Assembly (NCBI RefSeq): GCF_035084215.1
Contig: NW_027139442.1
Location: 5,146,001-5,210,000 of the forward strand
Direction: 5' to 3'
From: Heptranchias perlo
Lineage: Eukaryota
DNA: 64,000 nucleotides
Below are positions 12,920 through 26,871 of this stretch, one piece after another; position 1 is the first letter of the stretch; each line of letters starts with the position of its first letter. The notes beneath the pieces are model-generated. The model was not told where the DNA came from, did not search any database, and saw only the letters and a list, made by a program, of their open reading frames with translations. Both the position numbers and the translations under genes were made by a program.

Positions 12920-13353
12920 AGAGCAACTTAAAGGCACAGAGCGGACGGGGCGGAGACATCCTGCTGTCAGCTCCCGGCCCCTCCAGCCTCTCTGTGTTTC
13001 TCTCTCCTCTGAAACTCCCCGATTCCAATTCAAATCGGGCACTCCAGAGTCCCAGACTAGCCCCTTCCTATATCTCACACCGGAATGTTTGCTGTCGAAA
13101 AACTTTCACCGGAATTGAAAGCACCAGTTTCGATTTAAACCCGTTTCATTGCTGCACTGATCGCGCTCTCTCACCCGATCGCTGACATGATCTCCGTTTT
13201 TCACCTGAAATCTTGAATTGATCTGAAACTTTACCTTAAATTTCAACTTCGGAGTTCGGCAGGGGAGGAGGGCGATCCTTTGACAGGGATTTTTTAAAAT
13301 TTTACTCAAAAGGGACTCGGAAATCTGGCGATGAGTCCGGCCACACAAACACA
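12920..13353 (-). promoter_or_regulatory. H1 promoter: TG-box (13347-13353), AC/H1-box AAACACA (12993-12999), GC box, TTTAAG TATA-like
   Basis: H1-specific AC box and its inverted TG box are 354 bp apart. Confidence 0.75.
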
Positions 13354-15029
13354 GTGACATTAATCTAACCCATCCGCCCCTTTACACACTCTCTCTGACA
13401 CAATGTTCACATCTTCACATTCACAGGACAAACTGTTCGCCAGATTGACAATTCCCGTGACAGGCTTTCCTCACCGCTCGGCCTGTGCTGCAGATGCTCG
13501 GAGGTGAGTTGTCGTTTCCCAGCTCAGTAACTGTTAAACACTCCGAGCCCGGCGCTCCCCACAGTGTCTGGTCCCCAGATTAAGGGGCAGGAGCCAATCA
13601 CAGCTGTGGATGTGATAATCCATATCTGGTTTTACATGATTATATTATTCACACTCAGCAATATGTTTGGTTGAGACGATAATACAAATTATCCGCTCTG
13701 GGCTCCTCCAGTCTCTCTGTCTTTCTCTCCCTCCTCCTAAACTGACTGACAGACAATAGTAACTGGTGTCCTATCCGTCCCATTCTCAACACCCAGAGAC
13801 GGCCAGTTACTGAATAAATTCAACATTCATAGGCAGTCCAGTGTCAGGCCGTTACAGGCTGTTTCTCCCCACCATTCCTTATTGGACTGGAGACTGATAA
13901 ATGCACCGTCAGACCGGCTCATACATAATAGAAGGGACAGTGACCGTCTCACCAACAGCACCGGATGTCTGTTCACAGACACAGAATCAGTTTTTACCTT
14001 CCAACAGGGTGTTCATATTACGCTCAATAACACTATCCCGCTTTCATGTACAGCGCTAGAGATAGAGAAATACAGACGGACAGATAAAGAGAAAGACAGA
14101 GACAGGCACACAGACAAAGTATCATTCTCACACTTCCTCTCAGTGTGTCCGTTTCACACTCAGCAAACAGTATCCCACCTTCGTGTACAGCGCCAGAGAG
14201 ATACAGACAGGCAGAGTATCAGCCATACGCTTCCCATCAGTCTCTCTGTATCACGCTCAGCAGCAGTATTCCACCTTCATATGTTGTACATAAGAGAGAG
14301 AGAAACTGACCTGCAATGTCCCGTTTTCACCCAGTAACAAATTGGAAAATTCTCCATTCCAATTGCCATTCCAAGCTGGAGTGACGGAAGATGCAGTCTC
14401 ATCTCTCACTGATATTATTTCAGAGACAGACACATTATTAATCCCACTCTCAGGGACAGTGTCACGCATTTAACCCTCTCTTGCATGTTGTACCCTCTGC
14501 AATTTTGCAGCTCAGGGCCCTTCTGTATTTCTCTCAGTGACCGAGAGTTTCACTCCGATTGAAATAAACTGGGACAGTAGCAGTCAAATATTAATCCTAC
14601 ACGGTCCCAGCAAATACACCGACTCCCACTTTCCTCCCATGTTTCTCCAGGATTGGTTCGAGGAATCCGGCCTCCAGTTACGGAGTCACAAGTTTCTTTA
14701 TCAGTAAAGGGACCAAGAATGAACAGAACCAATTGGCTCATTTCACAGCCGCCCACTTTATCTCTGAAATACACTTTTCCATCAAAAGAAGCCGAGAGAA
14801 ACAGCAGGGATGGAAACATCTAGTTTAATAGTTAGAGATTGTAAAGTCAGTCTGGATTCCAGCGTTAGGCACTGGTGGAATCCCATCTGTTTCCCATTCT
14901 GGTGCCTGTTCCTGCACTGCCTGTGGACCCCATTCCCTCTGACCTTTCCCCCAGACCCACTTCCTTTGCTCAGACTCTGAAAAATTCCAATTGGGGAAAG
15001 TTTCCATCGATTTTTGTATTGATAATTAA

Positions 15030-15180
15030 ACCAGATATCTGCGCATGCGTGATTCAGCCCCGCCCCCAGCGCTGGTTGTTGGTGAGTGGAAGAGCGCATG
15101 CGCGCTCCCCTCCCCCAGCTCGGCCTGTGGGCGCCATTCCCTCAGTGAGCGGAAGAAGACGGTTTAAAACAGCCGGGAAT
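15030..15180 (+). promoter_or_regulatory. CpG-rich housekeeping-type promoter (two NRF1-like GCGCATGCG, GC box, YY1-like CGCCAT, ETS GCGGAAG)
   Basis: Motifs read directly; inverted copies at ~41340-41480 and ~62050-62200. Confidence 0.55.
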
Positions 15181-16519
15181 GGAGAGATCACGGCCCCCGG
15201 GGGAAGGGAGCAAAGAGCAGCCTCGTTACAGCAGATCATCGCTTCGGGACCGTGTCCGCAGATGGGCTCAGAAATCGGCATTGAGTCCGGGGGAAGGTCA
15301 GGGGGAGTCCGGGGGCTGTTTGTAAGAGGCGGAGTGGATCAGGAACTGGTCCCGGAACATGGAGTGAGCGGGGGAAGGGAGAGGCCATTCTCGGACTGTG
15401 TGTGTACAGGGTGTGTCCAGGGGAAGGGAGACAGAATGGTAAGAACCTACTATTTAAAATCATTGATGCTTTCTCTCCCCAAACCAGCAGTGAATGTTCC
15501 TGGTTTCGTTCCAGTCTCACCCTGTTTGTTGTTATTGGACAGTGAAGAGTGGAAACAGAGCCGGACAGTAAGGATGTGAGGAGTTTTCCAAAGAGCATCT
15601 CTTGCAGGCACCAGGTGAGAAGTGTGAAGGACACATTTTAAACAACGGCTGTTTGCTTTCATTTGAACGGTAAGTCCCATGGGAGAGGGGATTAGAAACT
15701 TGACCTGTACAAAGGGCCCTGCCCCATCGGGTTTTCCCATTCATGGATCAGTGCAGATGTTGGGTTGTGTCTGGATGTCACGAAATTGTTGTAAAATTGC
15801 CCAACACACCTGGTGTGCAGAAGCTGAGTGCTGCAGTACTGCAGTGGAATCAGACACTGACACTGTTTGTATCACTGGTTTTCATTTGTGGATATTCAAA
15901 ATAATCATTGACATGGATATTAATTCGAACACCTTTGTATTTTCTGCCTCACTGGTTCTTGAGTTACAAGAGATAAATTTATTCCGACAGGCAAATCCCT
16001 AAAGGACCCAGAATCAGTGTTATGTTTCCTCCACTCGAGGCACAAGGAACAGTGCAGCCAACTCCTTCTCCCACACAGTGAGTACATTATCACACACAGC
16101 GCACAGAGACACAGACAGGTCATCAGTTCCACAGTCTCAGACAGTAGAAGTCGTCAGTCCCAAACTGATCCCAAGTTCCACAGACACATTTTCAATCCAA
16201 CGTTCAAACAGAGCTGGTGAGGCAGACTCTGTTCCATTTCCCCCGAGCTGAGTCCCGTTGACAGGCAGATACAAAAATCCCAGTCCAAGATCACACTATC
16301 AGATTGAAAGGCACTGTATCAATCTCACAATAGGGCAACATTAGGTACCAATTAAATAACAGATCGAAATCACACATGGCACCCGATTGGAAGGTACATA
16401 ATCTATCCCAATAATGTACCCTGAGATTCCAATTGAATACTAGTCCAGAACTCACACACACATGTGAGTTTAATACACTATTCGAATGGATATTGCATGT
16501 ATCATGTGATACAAATTCC

Positions 16520-19500
16520 ATACCAGTCCAAAACTCATGTACAGTATCAGATTGAGAAATGCTGTGACAGTGTAACCTGAGAAACAAATTAGATATCAGT
16601 TTATAATACACTCATAGTATGAGATTTAAAGATACAGTATCAATTCTATTCGTGCAGACTGAGCTAGACATTATATACCATTTGAAAAGTGTCACCATAT
16701 CAATTTGAAATGTACATTATCATTCACAATTGTACTTACAGAGATACAGATTTAATAGTAGTTCAAAAAGCACACAAATTATCTGATTAAAACCTACAGC
16801 GTCAAATCCTAAAGTGTACCCATATTTACCAGTTAAATAATGAGAAATATGACCTAAACATGAAGATATTAAAGCTACAATTTTGAACGCAATAATGCAA
16901 TCTGAGAGAATAATTACATACAAATACAGAATGAATCTCACACTCAGATACAGTACCAGAGACTGACAGATGCAGAAGGAATCCCAAACTCACATACAAT
17001 ACTAGAGACTGACAGACACAGAGCGAATCCTACACTCACATATGGTACCAGAGATGACAGATACAGATTGAATCCCACACTGGCATACAGTACCAAGGAC
17101 TGATAGATATCTGGTTAATTACTCACTCTCATAAAGTACTGGAGACTGACAGATAAATAATGACACCCACATTCACACAGTACCAGAGTCTGACAGATAG
17201 AGAATGAATCACACACTCACACAAAGTACCAGAGACTGACAGATAGAGAATGCATCCCACACCAACATGCAGTCTGAGAGGCTGCATATATAGAATGAAT
17301 TCAACACCCACATACAAGACTGGAGACTGAAAGACATAGAATAAATCCCACACTCACAGTATCAGAGACTGCATATATGGAATAAATCACAAACTCACAC
17401 ACACTACTGACAAGATACAGAATGAATCTCACACTCACACACTGTTCCAGAGACTGGGAGATACAAAATGAATCACACATTAGTGCAGGCTGAGTAACAC
17501 ATTACTTACCAGTCCAAGAAGTATCAGATTGAAAGATACAGTATCAATTCCATTAGTGCAGACTGATCTACACATTATAAACCACGACAAAAAACTGATG
17601 CAAATTCACTCTGAAATATAAAGTATTCCATTCATGCAGACTAAGCTACACGTCATATACAAGTTCAAAAATGTCACTTTATCAGTTTGGAAGATAAACT
17701 AATGCACAATTGTGTTCACATCGATACAGATTTAATAGTATTCTCAAAAGTGCACACATTCTCTGACTATATTCTACAGAATTTCATTATCAGCCAATTA
17801 AACACTGGGAAAAATATGCATACATTGAGGTATTAAAGATACAGATTTAAACATCATACTGTAAATAGAGATACAAATTACATAGAGATAAAGAATGAAT
17901 CTCACACTCAGATAGAGGGCCAGAGACTGACAAACTGAAGGAAAGCAGCGCTCACACAATGTAACAGTGACTGACAGATACAGAATGAATCCTATATTCA
18001 CACACAGTACAAGGGATTGACAGATATAGAATGAATCACATACTTCCAAAGTACCAGAGCCTGACAGATACAGAATGAATCACACATTCACAGAGAGTAC
18101 TAGGGACTGACAGATACAGAATGAATCTCACAGTCACACACATTAATGCAGTCTGAGTTACACAATACTTATCAGTCCAAAAATCTCATAGTGTCAGATT
18201 GAAAGATACAGTATCAATTGCATTAGTGCAGACTGATCGACACATTATAAACCACTACAATAAACTGATACGGATTCAGACTGAAATACACTGTGTTCCA
18301 TTCATGCAGACTGAGCTCCACATGATATAAAAGTTCAAAAATGTCACCATATCATTTTGGAAGATAAACTAATTCACAATTGTTTTCCCATCGATACAGA
18401 TTTAATTGAAGTCCAAAAAGTGCCCACATTCTCTGATTATAACCTACAACATTACATTTTAAAATGTATCATTATCTACCAATTAAACACTGGGAAAAAT
18501 ATTGATACATTGAGGTATTAAAGATAGTTTTGACCACCATAGTGTAAACGGAGATGCAAATTACATACAGATAAAGAATGAATCTCACACTCAGATAGAG
18601 GGCCAGATACTGAGATGCAGATTGAAACCAACACTCAAACAATGTAACATTGACTGACAGATACCGAATGAATCCGACACTCACACACAGCACAAGGGAC
18701 TGACAGACATGGAATGAATCACACACTCCCACAGTACCAGAGGCTGACAAATAGAATGAAACCCACACTCGCACAATAAACCAGTGATTGACAGATACAA
18801 AATGAATCCTACACTCACACAACGTAACAGTGACTGACAGATACCGAATGAATCCGACACTCACACACAGTACAAGGGACTGACAGACATAGAATGAATC
18901 ACACACTTCCACAGTACCAGAGACTGAAAAACAGAATGAAACCCACACTCGCACACTGTAGCACGGACTGACGGAGACAACATTCATATCACTCACAAAC
19001 AGTACAAGAAATTCATAGATGCAGAATGAATGACTCCCTCACATATATCGCCTGACACTGAGGGGAACAGAATGAAACCCTCATTCACACACAGTACCAG
19101 GGACTGACAGATATTGAATGATTCCCACACTCACATTCAGTACCAGGGACTGACAGATACAGAATGAATCCCACACTCACATTCAGTACCAGGGACTGAC
19201 ATATACAGAATGAATCTCACACTCACATGCAATACCAGAGACTGATCGATACAGAATGAATCCCACATTCACACACAGTACCAGAGACTGACAGATACAG
19301 AATGAATCCCACACTCACATACAGATCGAGAGACTGACAGATACAGAATGAATCCCACACCCACATACAGCACCAGAGACTGACAGACACAAAATTAAGC
19401 TCACTCACACACAGTACCAGAAACTGACAGGAACATAATGAATCCCACACTCACAGACAGTGCTCACAGACATTATTGCAGATCTGAGCTACACATTACA

Positions 19501-20135
19501 TACTGGTCCAATAATTTCACCATGAACAGATTGAAAGGTACATTATCATTCAGATATGAGTTTAGAGATTAAGATGAAACACTACTCCAAAACCCACACA
19601 CTTTGTTTGATTAAAGAAAATCGAAAAATATATCCATATTTACAAATTAAATACTTGACGAAAAACTGCATATACTTTAAAGTATTAAAGATACAGTTTC
19701 AAGTAAAATACTGGGAACTGAAATAAGAATACAGAGTGAATCCAGATTTGCACTTTGTCTCAGGGACTGAATTACAGAATGAATGCCACACTGAGATAAA
19801 GTAGCTGAGAATGGCAGATGCAGAATGAATCCCACACTCACAGATAGCACCAGAGACTGACAGTAACAAAGTTAATTCCACACTTATGCACAGTACCTGA
19901 GACTGGCAGATACAGAATTAATCCCTCTCTCATATACAGTGAAAGAGACTGGCAGATGCAGAACGATCCTAAACTCATATGTAGTGCCAGAGACTGAGAG
20001 ATACAGAATAAATACCATGCTCATACTCAGTACCAGAGAATGACAGATGCAGAATGAATCCCACACACACAGTATCAGAGATTGACAGATACAGATGAAA
20101 TCCCGCTCTCATGCAAAGTACAAGAGACTGACCTC
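16520..20135 (+). repeat. mosaic of 46-bp and 82-bp satellite arrays
   Basis: Alternating blocks: 46-mer at ~16920-17480, 17880-18140, 18560-19460, 19700-20135; 82-mer at ~16520-16730, 17480-17700, 18140-18370. Confidence 0.8.
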
Positions 20136-21039
20136 TACTGGATCGTAGGCGAGAACTGTGAAAGTGCGGAAAACAAATTCACATTATCTGTCGTGGTTGC
20201 AGAAACAGGACAATGTGCAATGTGAGGAAAGTTTCTGTCTGTCACTTCTACTCTCGTAATTTTGCACGTTTTGTGATTGCAAAATGAAGACAATTGATTC
20301 AAAATAAAGTTTTTGTTTCACTCATTCGATAGTTGTGAATTTACCCCGTTATTTTTCACTTACATTGCGCAGTATTTCTCTCTGATTTCTCAGGACACGA
20401 TTTACATTGCTCCTCTACCCCATTTAAACTCATATTTTCCAAGCAGTATGTGGCCTCCTTATTCCCCCTAACAAAATGCACCAGCTCACAACTTTCTATA
20501 TTGAAATTCAATACACATTTACACGGCCGTTCTGCAAGTATATTTTGTCGAAGTATTGGCTATAATCCCAAAATCAATTACAAGAATTTAACACAGCATT
20601 AAAACCAATGTTTGGTCTAACAAAATGTACTTGCATCTCGTCTCCATTCCCAGTTTTTCTAAATCACACTCGTGCAAGATATTGTGAAGAATGAGTTTAT
20701 CTTCTGTCCCTCTCTCATCGGCAAACTTCATTGACCCGGGGTTTGGGGACATCTACTGGCCGGAAGCAGAACTGCAACAGTTCGGAACAAATTGCTGAAA
20801 CCGGACAATGTGCAGTGTGAGCGAGTTTGTGATTGGTGGCAGGTTCTAAATCTGATTGGTTTCTTCAGGTATCCAATCAGAGAGTTACAGTGAATAATTA
20901 TAGTGACATCACTCTCAGTGACCCAATCACAATCAATGCCTTCCCCCATCCCTCATTAGCATAGGGCTGTGCTGCTGCCTATTTAATCCGAGTTCGGAGC
21001 GGATTTGGGTCATTCCTGGGTCTGAAATTGAGTTTGAAA

Positions 21040-21414
21040 ATGCCTGAGGACAAGAAAGCAGCTCCCAAGAAGGGCGCCAAGAAAACCTTGAGTAAAGCAC
21101 CAGCCAAGGGCGGCAAGAAGCGGAGAAAGTCGAGGAAGGAGAGTTACTCCATCTACATCTACAAAGTGATGAAGCAGGTTCACCCCGACACCGGCATCTC
21201 CTCCAAGGCCATGAGCATCATGAACTCCTTTGTGAACGATATTTTCGAGCGCATCGCGGGTGAGGCTTCCCGCCTGGCCCATTACAACAAGCGGGCGACC
21301 ATCAGCTCCCGGGAGATCCAGACCGCCGTGCGCCTGCTGCTGCCCGGGGAACTGGCCAAGCACGCTGTGTCGGAAGGGACAAAGGCGGTGACCAAGTACA
21401 CCAGCTCCAAGTAA
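21040..21414 (+). CDS. H2B: histone H2B (124 aa; YSIYIYK variant)
   Basis: Intact ORF, ATG 21040; octamer and TATA present upstream. Confidence 0.98.
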   Translation: MPEDKKAAPKKGAKKTLSKAPAKGGKKRRKSRKESYSIYIYKVMKQVHPDTGISSKAMSIMNSFVNDIFERIAGEASRLAHYNKRATISSREIQTAVRLLLPGELAKHAVSEGTKAVTKYTSSK

Positions 21415-21446
21415 AACTCCACAATGTACTGAAAAAAAACCACAAC

Positions 21447-21462
21447 GGCTCTTTTAAGAGCC
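21447..21462 (+). terminator. histone 3' stem-loop (H2B)
   Basis: GGCTCTTTTAAGAGCC-ACCCA; HDE GAAAGAGCTG. Confidence 0.95.
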
Positions 21463-22269
21463 ACCCACAACCTCTCTGAAAGAGCTGCATTTCCTATATA
21501 ATTGCTTTGTATCTTTTTAATACCGCGATATTATTCCAATCCAAAACTGATATTGTAACTGCACCGTTGAAATTTCTGACCCATAAACTGAACGCGAGTT
21601 TCTGATCCGCTCCTTCCCATTCGTTTTGTTCTTAAAGCGTTACTATTCCAGCCACGAACACATCCTGAATGACCCCGGGAGCAATTCCATTATCTCTATG
21701 AATTCAATCTCAGAAATGTTTAATGTCTGAGGTGAAAATCCCCATATTAAAAGCAAACGCACCCCTTGCAGAAACACAGCGGAATAGGGGCAGAATGAGA
21801 ATTCCGTCCGGGTCCCTCGTTTCATAGAAGCCCTCCCGACTCTGTGAAAAAGGATCAATCTATAACGTGTCACTTTCATAAAGACTGAATTGAAACGTGT
21901 CACTTCACGGAATGCTATGAATGGGGCTTTAGTCCCGTCCGGTACAGTTTGTAAGCGATAATAGAATGAGCCATAAATTAAAGCAGATTTTAAAACAGCG
22001 CCAGCGATTGGTGACGGGTAGCGCTGAATAAGACAAGATAAAATGAACGGGTTTAAAATCTTGTGCTCAGGGCGACATTGATCTCAATCCGGTCCTTGAC
22101 GACACTGGCGGGTTTTTTGAAATTCATAAAATTCCTGATCTGTCCGTTAAGGCCGTTAAATCCCGCCCTCATCTAATTTCCAGCTATCTGATTGGTTATT
22201 GAAATAGGCAAATGAGGTGTAATAATGCCCAACCAATCAGATGATCTTTCAGTCAATAAAAAGGGTTAA

Positions 22270-22701
<432 letters not shown>

Positions 22702-22731
22702 ACCGGTCAAAATTTAATCTGGTAACCCAAA

Positions 22732-22747
22732 GGCTCTTTTCAGAGCC
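22732..22747 (+). terminator. histone 3' stem-loop (H2A)
   Basis: GGCTCTTTTCAGAGCC-ACCCA; HDE GAAAGGGCTG. Confidence 0.95.
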
Positions 22748-24589
22748 ACCCACTGTATCTATGAAAGGGCTGAAGCGAGTCAGAGCTTAATTTAATAATA
22801 AATCGCTTAGTTAGAAACTAACGATATGTTGTTGAATACAAATGATCTGTTCAATACTCGCTTCTGGACAGTAGATGTCGCCAACCTCCAATAGGTTGAA
22901 ATTTACAGATTGTATAGGAAATGAGGCACAAAATAATCAGTTCATTAAACTGGGAGGGTGGAATACAGAAATAACAGGTGAGTTTGATCATCGGCAACAA
23001 GAGGCACTCTATTGTGTTGCGGCCATTATAGTAAGTGTTATTTACAGTCTCATCCTCCCAGAACACTTACTCGGTCTGACTTCCAATACCCAGATTTGTC
23101 CGCCAGAAGGTGACGGATGTGTTGATTATTGTGTCAGCGATTGCTGAATCAATGAATGAAATTTGTCTGTTATTGGCTGAGTGAGGGATTTATTCTGTCC
23201 CTGTCAGTCTGTTCCTGTGTCAGTGACGAGTACCGCAGTGAATGTGACACTAAGTTTTACACTGCTTCTGATTCTAGCGCTGAGCGAAAACACTTAAGTT
23301 CTATTCGTGCGAGTTACAGTGAAACAGCCTCTGTCACAATAACTGGAGAGGAAAAATAGACAAACTTTATTTGATCCAAGTCTGGTTCATTAGAGATGAA
23401 AATATTTCCAACAGTGCCAAGCTGATACTATATCGGAAATGAAAACTTGCATCTCTTGTACTTTGCACGCGTGCCCGAGCCTCTCCCTGTATCGATGTCC
23501 GAGTTAGATTGACACTGGGGGTGTAGATGCCTCACGTGAAAGTGTAGGACCGGAATCAGACCATTCTGTACCTGTTTGCCAGTAGTTTCCCTGTCCAAAT
23601 GTGCCACTGGATGTGTTGATGGGTTAACAGTTATTAAACTGATCACTTACGTATTTTCTACCTCACCTGTTCTTGAGTTACATGCGATACGTTTCTTTCT
23701 ACAGGCAAACCCTTGAACGAGCCAGAGTGAATGTGACGCTTCCTCCATCCGAGGCAAAGGAACAGTGCAGCCAGCGCCTTCTCACACACAGTATGTCCAT
23801 TATCACTCTCAGAGCACAGAGACACAGACAGCTCATCAGTTCCACAGTCTCAGACAGCAGAAGTAGTCAGTCCCACACTGATCTCAAGTTCCAGAGACAC
23901 ATTTTCAATCCAACAGCCAAACAGAGGAGGTGAGGCAGACTCTGTTCCATTTCTCCCGAACTCAGTCCCGCTGACAGGTAGATACAAAAATTCCAGTCCA
24001 AAGTCTCGTTTTCAGATTGTCAATTTCACAAAATGGCAATATTAGCGGTGAATTAAATACCAGATACCCCGAGATTCAAATTGAATACGAGCCCAGAACT
24101 CTCACACACACGTGAGTTCAATACATGCCTTATTGATTCGAATAGTGCATCATGCGGATACAAATTGCAAGTCCAAAACTCATGTACAATATCAGATTGA
24201 GAAATGCTGTGACAGTATAACCTGAGAAACACATTAGATACCAGTTTATAATATACTCATGTTAAGAGATTTAATGATACAGTATCACAGACACACAAGT
24301 CCAAAAATCTTACAAAACAAAAATTAAAGATGCAGTATCAATTCATTTCATGCAGACTGATCTGCACATTATATACCAATTCAAAAATGTCAGTTTGAAA
24401 GATACATTATCATTCACAATATTACTCAGAGATACAGATTTAATAGTTGTCCAAAAAGCACACAAATTATCTGATTAAAACCTCCAGCATCAAATCCTAA
24501 AGTGTATCCATATTGATAAAAACTATTTAAACATTGAGATATTAAAGCTACAATATTGAACACCATAATGTAATCTGAGAGAATAAATA

Positions 24590-25560
24590 TAGACACAGAA
24601 TGAATCTCACACTCAGATACAGTACAGAGACTGACATGCAGAAGGAATCCGAAACTCACATACAGTACTGGAGACTGACAGATACAGAGTGAATCCCACA
24701 CTCACACACAGTACCAGAGACTGACAGATACAGAATAAATCCCTCACTCACACACAGTACCAGAGACTGACAGATACAGAATGTGTCCCACATTCACACA
24801 CAGTACCAGAGACGAACAAATACAGAATGCACCCCACACTCACACACAGGACAAGAGACTGACAGATTTAGATTGAATCCTACATTCAAATACAGTACCA
24901 GAGACGGACAGATACAGAATGAATCCCACACTCACACACAGTACGGGAGAGGGACAGATCCAGAATGAATCCCACACTCACACACAGGCCAAGAGACTGA
25001 CAGATACAGAATAAATCCCTCTCTCACACACAGTACCAGAAACTGACGAATACAGAATGTACCCCACACTCACACACAGGACAAGAGACAGAGAGATTTA
25101 GAATTAATTCCACATTCAAATACAGTACCAGAGACTGACAGATACAGAATGAAACCCACACTCACACATAGTACCAGAGACTGACAGATACAGGATGATT
25201 CCCACACTCACACACAGTACCAGAGAATGACAGATACAGAATGAATCCCACACTCGCACACAGTACCAGAGACTGACAGATCTCGAATGAATCCCACACT
25301 CACACACAGTACCCGAGACTGACAGATACAGAATGAATCCCACACTCACACACAGTACCAGAGACTGATCGATACAGAATGAATCCCACACTCACACACA
25401 GTACTAGAGTCTGATCGATACAGAATGAATCCCACACTCACACACAGTACCATAGACTGACAGATACAGAATGAATCCGATACTCACACACAGTACCAGA
25501 GACTGACAGATTCAGAATGAATCCGACTCACATACGGGAACAGAGACTGACAGATACAGA
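24590..25560 (+). repeat. 46-bp satellite array (~21 copies)
   Basis: GAATGAATCC anchors 46 bp apart (e.g. 25331 and 25377). Confidence 0.92.
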
Positions 25561-26616
25561 ATTGCTGCTTTACTCGGTCATCATCCTTTGAATCTGGTAG
25601 ATAAATTGAAAGAAAGTCAGTGAAACTACTCCATTTTAATGTTTGTCTCTGTAGAATTTACTGCCCAATAAAGTGAACACGGGTCCGGGGTCCGTTCAAT
25701 TCCCTTTTGCTTTGCTCTCGCTCTCATTCAGATTTACACCGCCCCCGGTTTTCCCGTGAACCACCACTTTCAGGGCTATGAATCAGAATTTAGTTCCTTC
25801 CTCTTTCTCACTGTGGAGCCAATCTCTGAAATAATTAATTACTGATCTTAATATCCCGCATATTAGCAGCACGTTCCCCGCAGTGTAACAATCCAGAATC
25901 AACGACTGGAGAAAAGAATTGGCTCATTTTCAGGCTTCGTCCATGATTCCGTTTTCAGGACACACGGTTCCTGTTCAGTCCCTGCAACGGAATCAATTGA
26001 TAACCTGGAGTTTGTTATTTTTACAGGTAGAAGTGAAATTTGTCCATATCAGCAATCTATGATTGGGATTATATTCCGCAAGTTATAGACAATGTGTTTT
26101 TGAAACAGCGCTCGGAATTTGGGACGTGTAATACGGAATAACATTATTACAAAGAGATTTTAAGTCTTTGTGTAAAAACGACATGGCCGAGTAATTCACT
26201 TATTTCATACACTGAAATTGGCGGCCTTTTTCAAATTTTAAAAAATCGGTCAATTGTGGCCAACAATTTGCTCCGTTTTCTTATTGTCGTCTCTCCGATT
26301 GGTTAAGGAAATTAGTTTTCAAGCAAAGCAACCAATGAGAAGTAGCCTCTATTTACAGCGGGGTTTGCCAGTTGGGCCTGTGGTAATTCCAGGTCCCCAA
26401 TGACTGAGCTCAAACGGTTCAATTTCACAAACCCTCTCAGTATCAGTGTCAGAAACAACCGTCAGAGGGAAAATCCAGATCACAAGCTGGGCCCTTATCA
26501 CAGCGGCTCAGCTCAACCTGTTCTCCCATGGAAACCCCCGGTCCCACATCACAACATCTGACTGATAAATAGAACCAAAACAGAGCGAATGGAGTGAAGG
26601 AACATTTCAGCGAGGT

Positions 26617-26638
26617 GGGGGGGGGGGGGGGGGGGGGG
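26617..26638 (+). repeat. poly-G tract (22 G)
   Basis: Read directly. Confidence 0.9.
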
Positions 26639-26855
26639 AATTCAGCTCCGGGTAAACTCACTTGTAACGTTCCCTGGACAATTCAGTGCACTCAATAAGG
26701 GAAAGTTCCCTCTCAGTAACCGGTGCAGCTCGCCGCCGATCCCACCTCACCGTACTGTGTGTCACAGAAAACTCTTTAATTGTAAAACTATTCCCGAGCC
26801 CCATATAACCCCGCACCAGTTCCCAGGTCAGTGCTCTCTCTGTGAGGCGGTGGGT

Positions 26856-26871
26856 GGCTCTTAGAAGAGCC
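26856..26871 (-). terminator. histone 3' stem-loop (H4)
   Basis: Minus strand GGCTCTTCTAAGAGCC-ACCCA. Confidence 0.95.

Noticed and set aside
14875-15579. 234-aa ORF (and 227-aa paralogue at 61671-62354) as a protein-coding gene
   Set aside because: GTG start, runs through a CpG promoter-like region, no recognisable domain, and it is broken and 5'-deleted in the ~41 kb copy; shared openness is explained by recent duplication.
18472-18996. Cys/Val/Ser-rich ORFs in satellite regions (MWDSFCICQSLVL..)
   Set aside because: Translations of the 46-bp and 82-bp satellites, not zinc-finger or membrane proteins.
24590-25560. Regular 46-bp repeats that could look like a CRISPR array
   Set aside because: Head-to-tail satellite with no unique spacers, no cas genes, in a vertebrate context.
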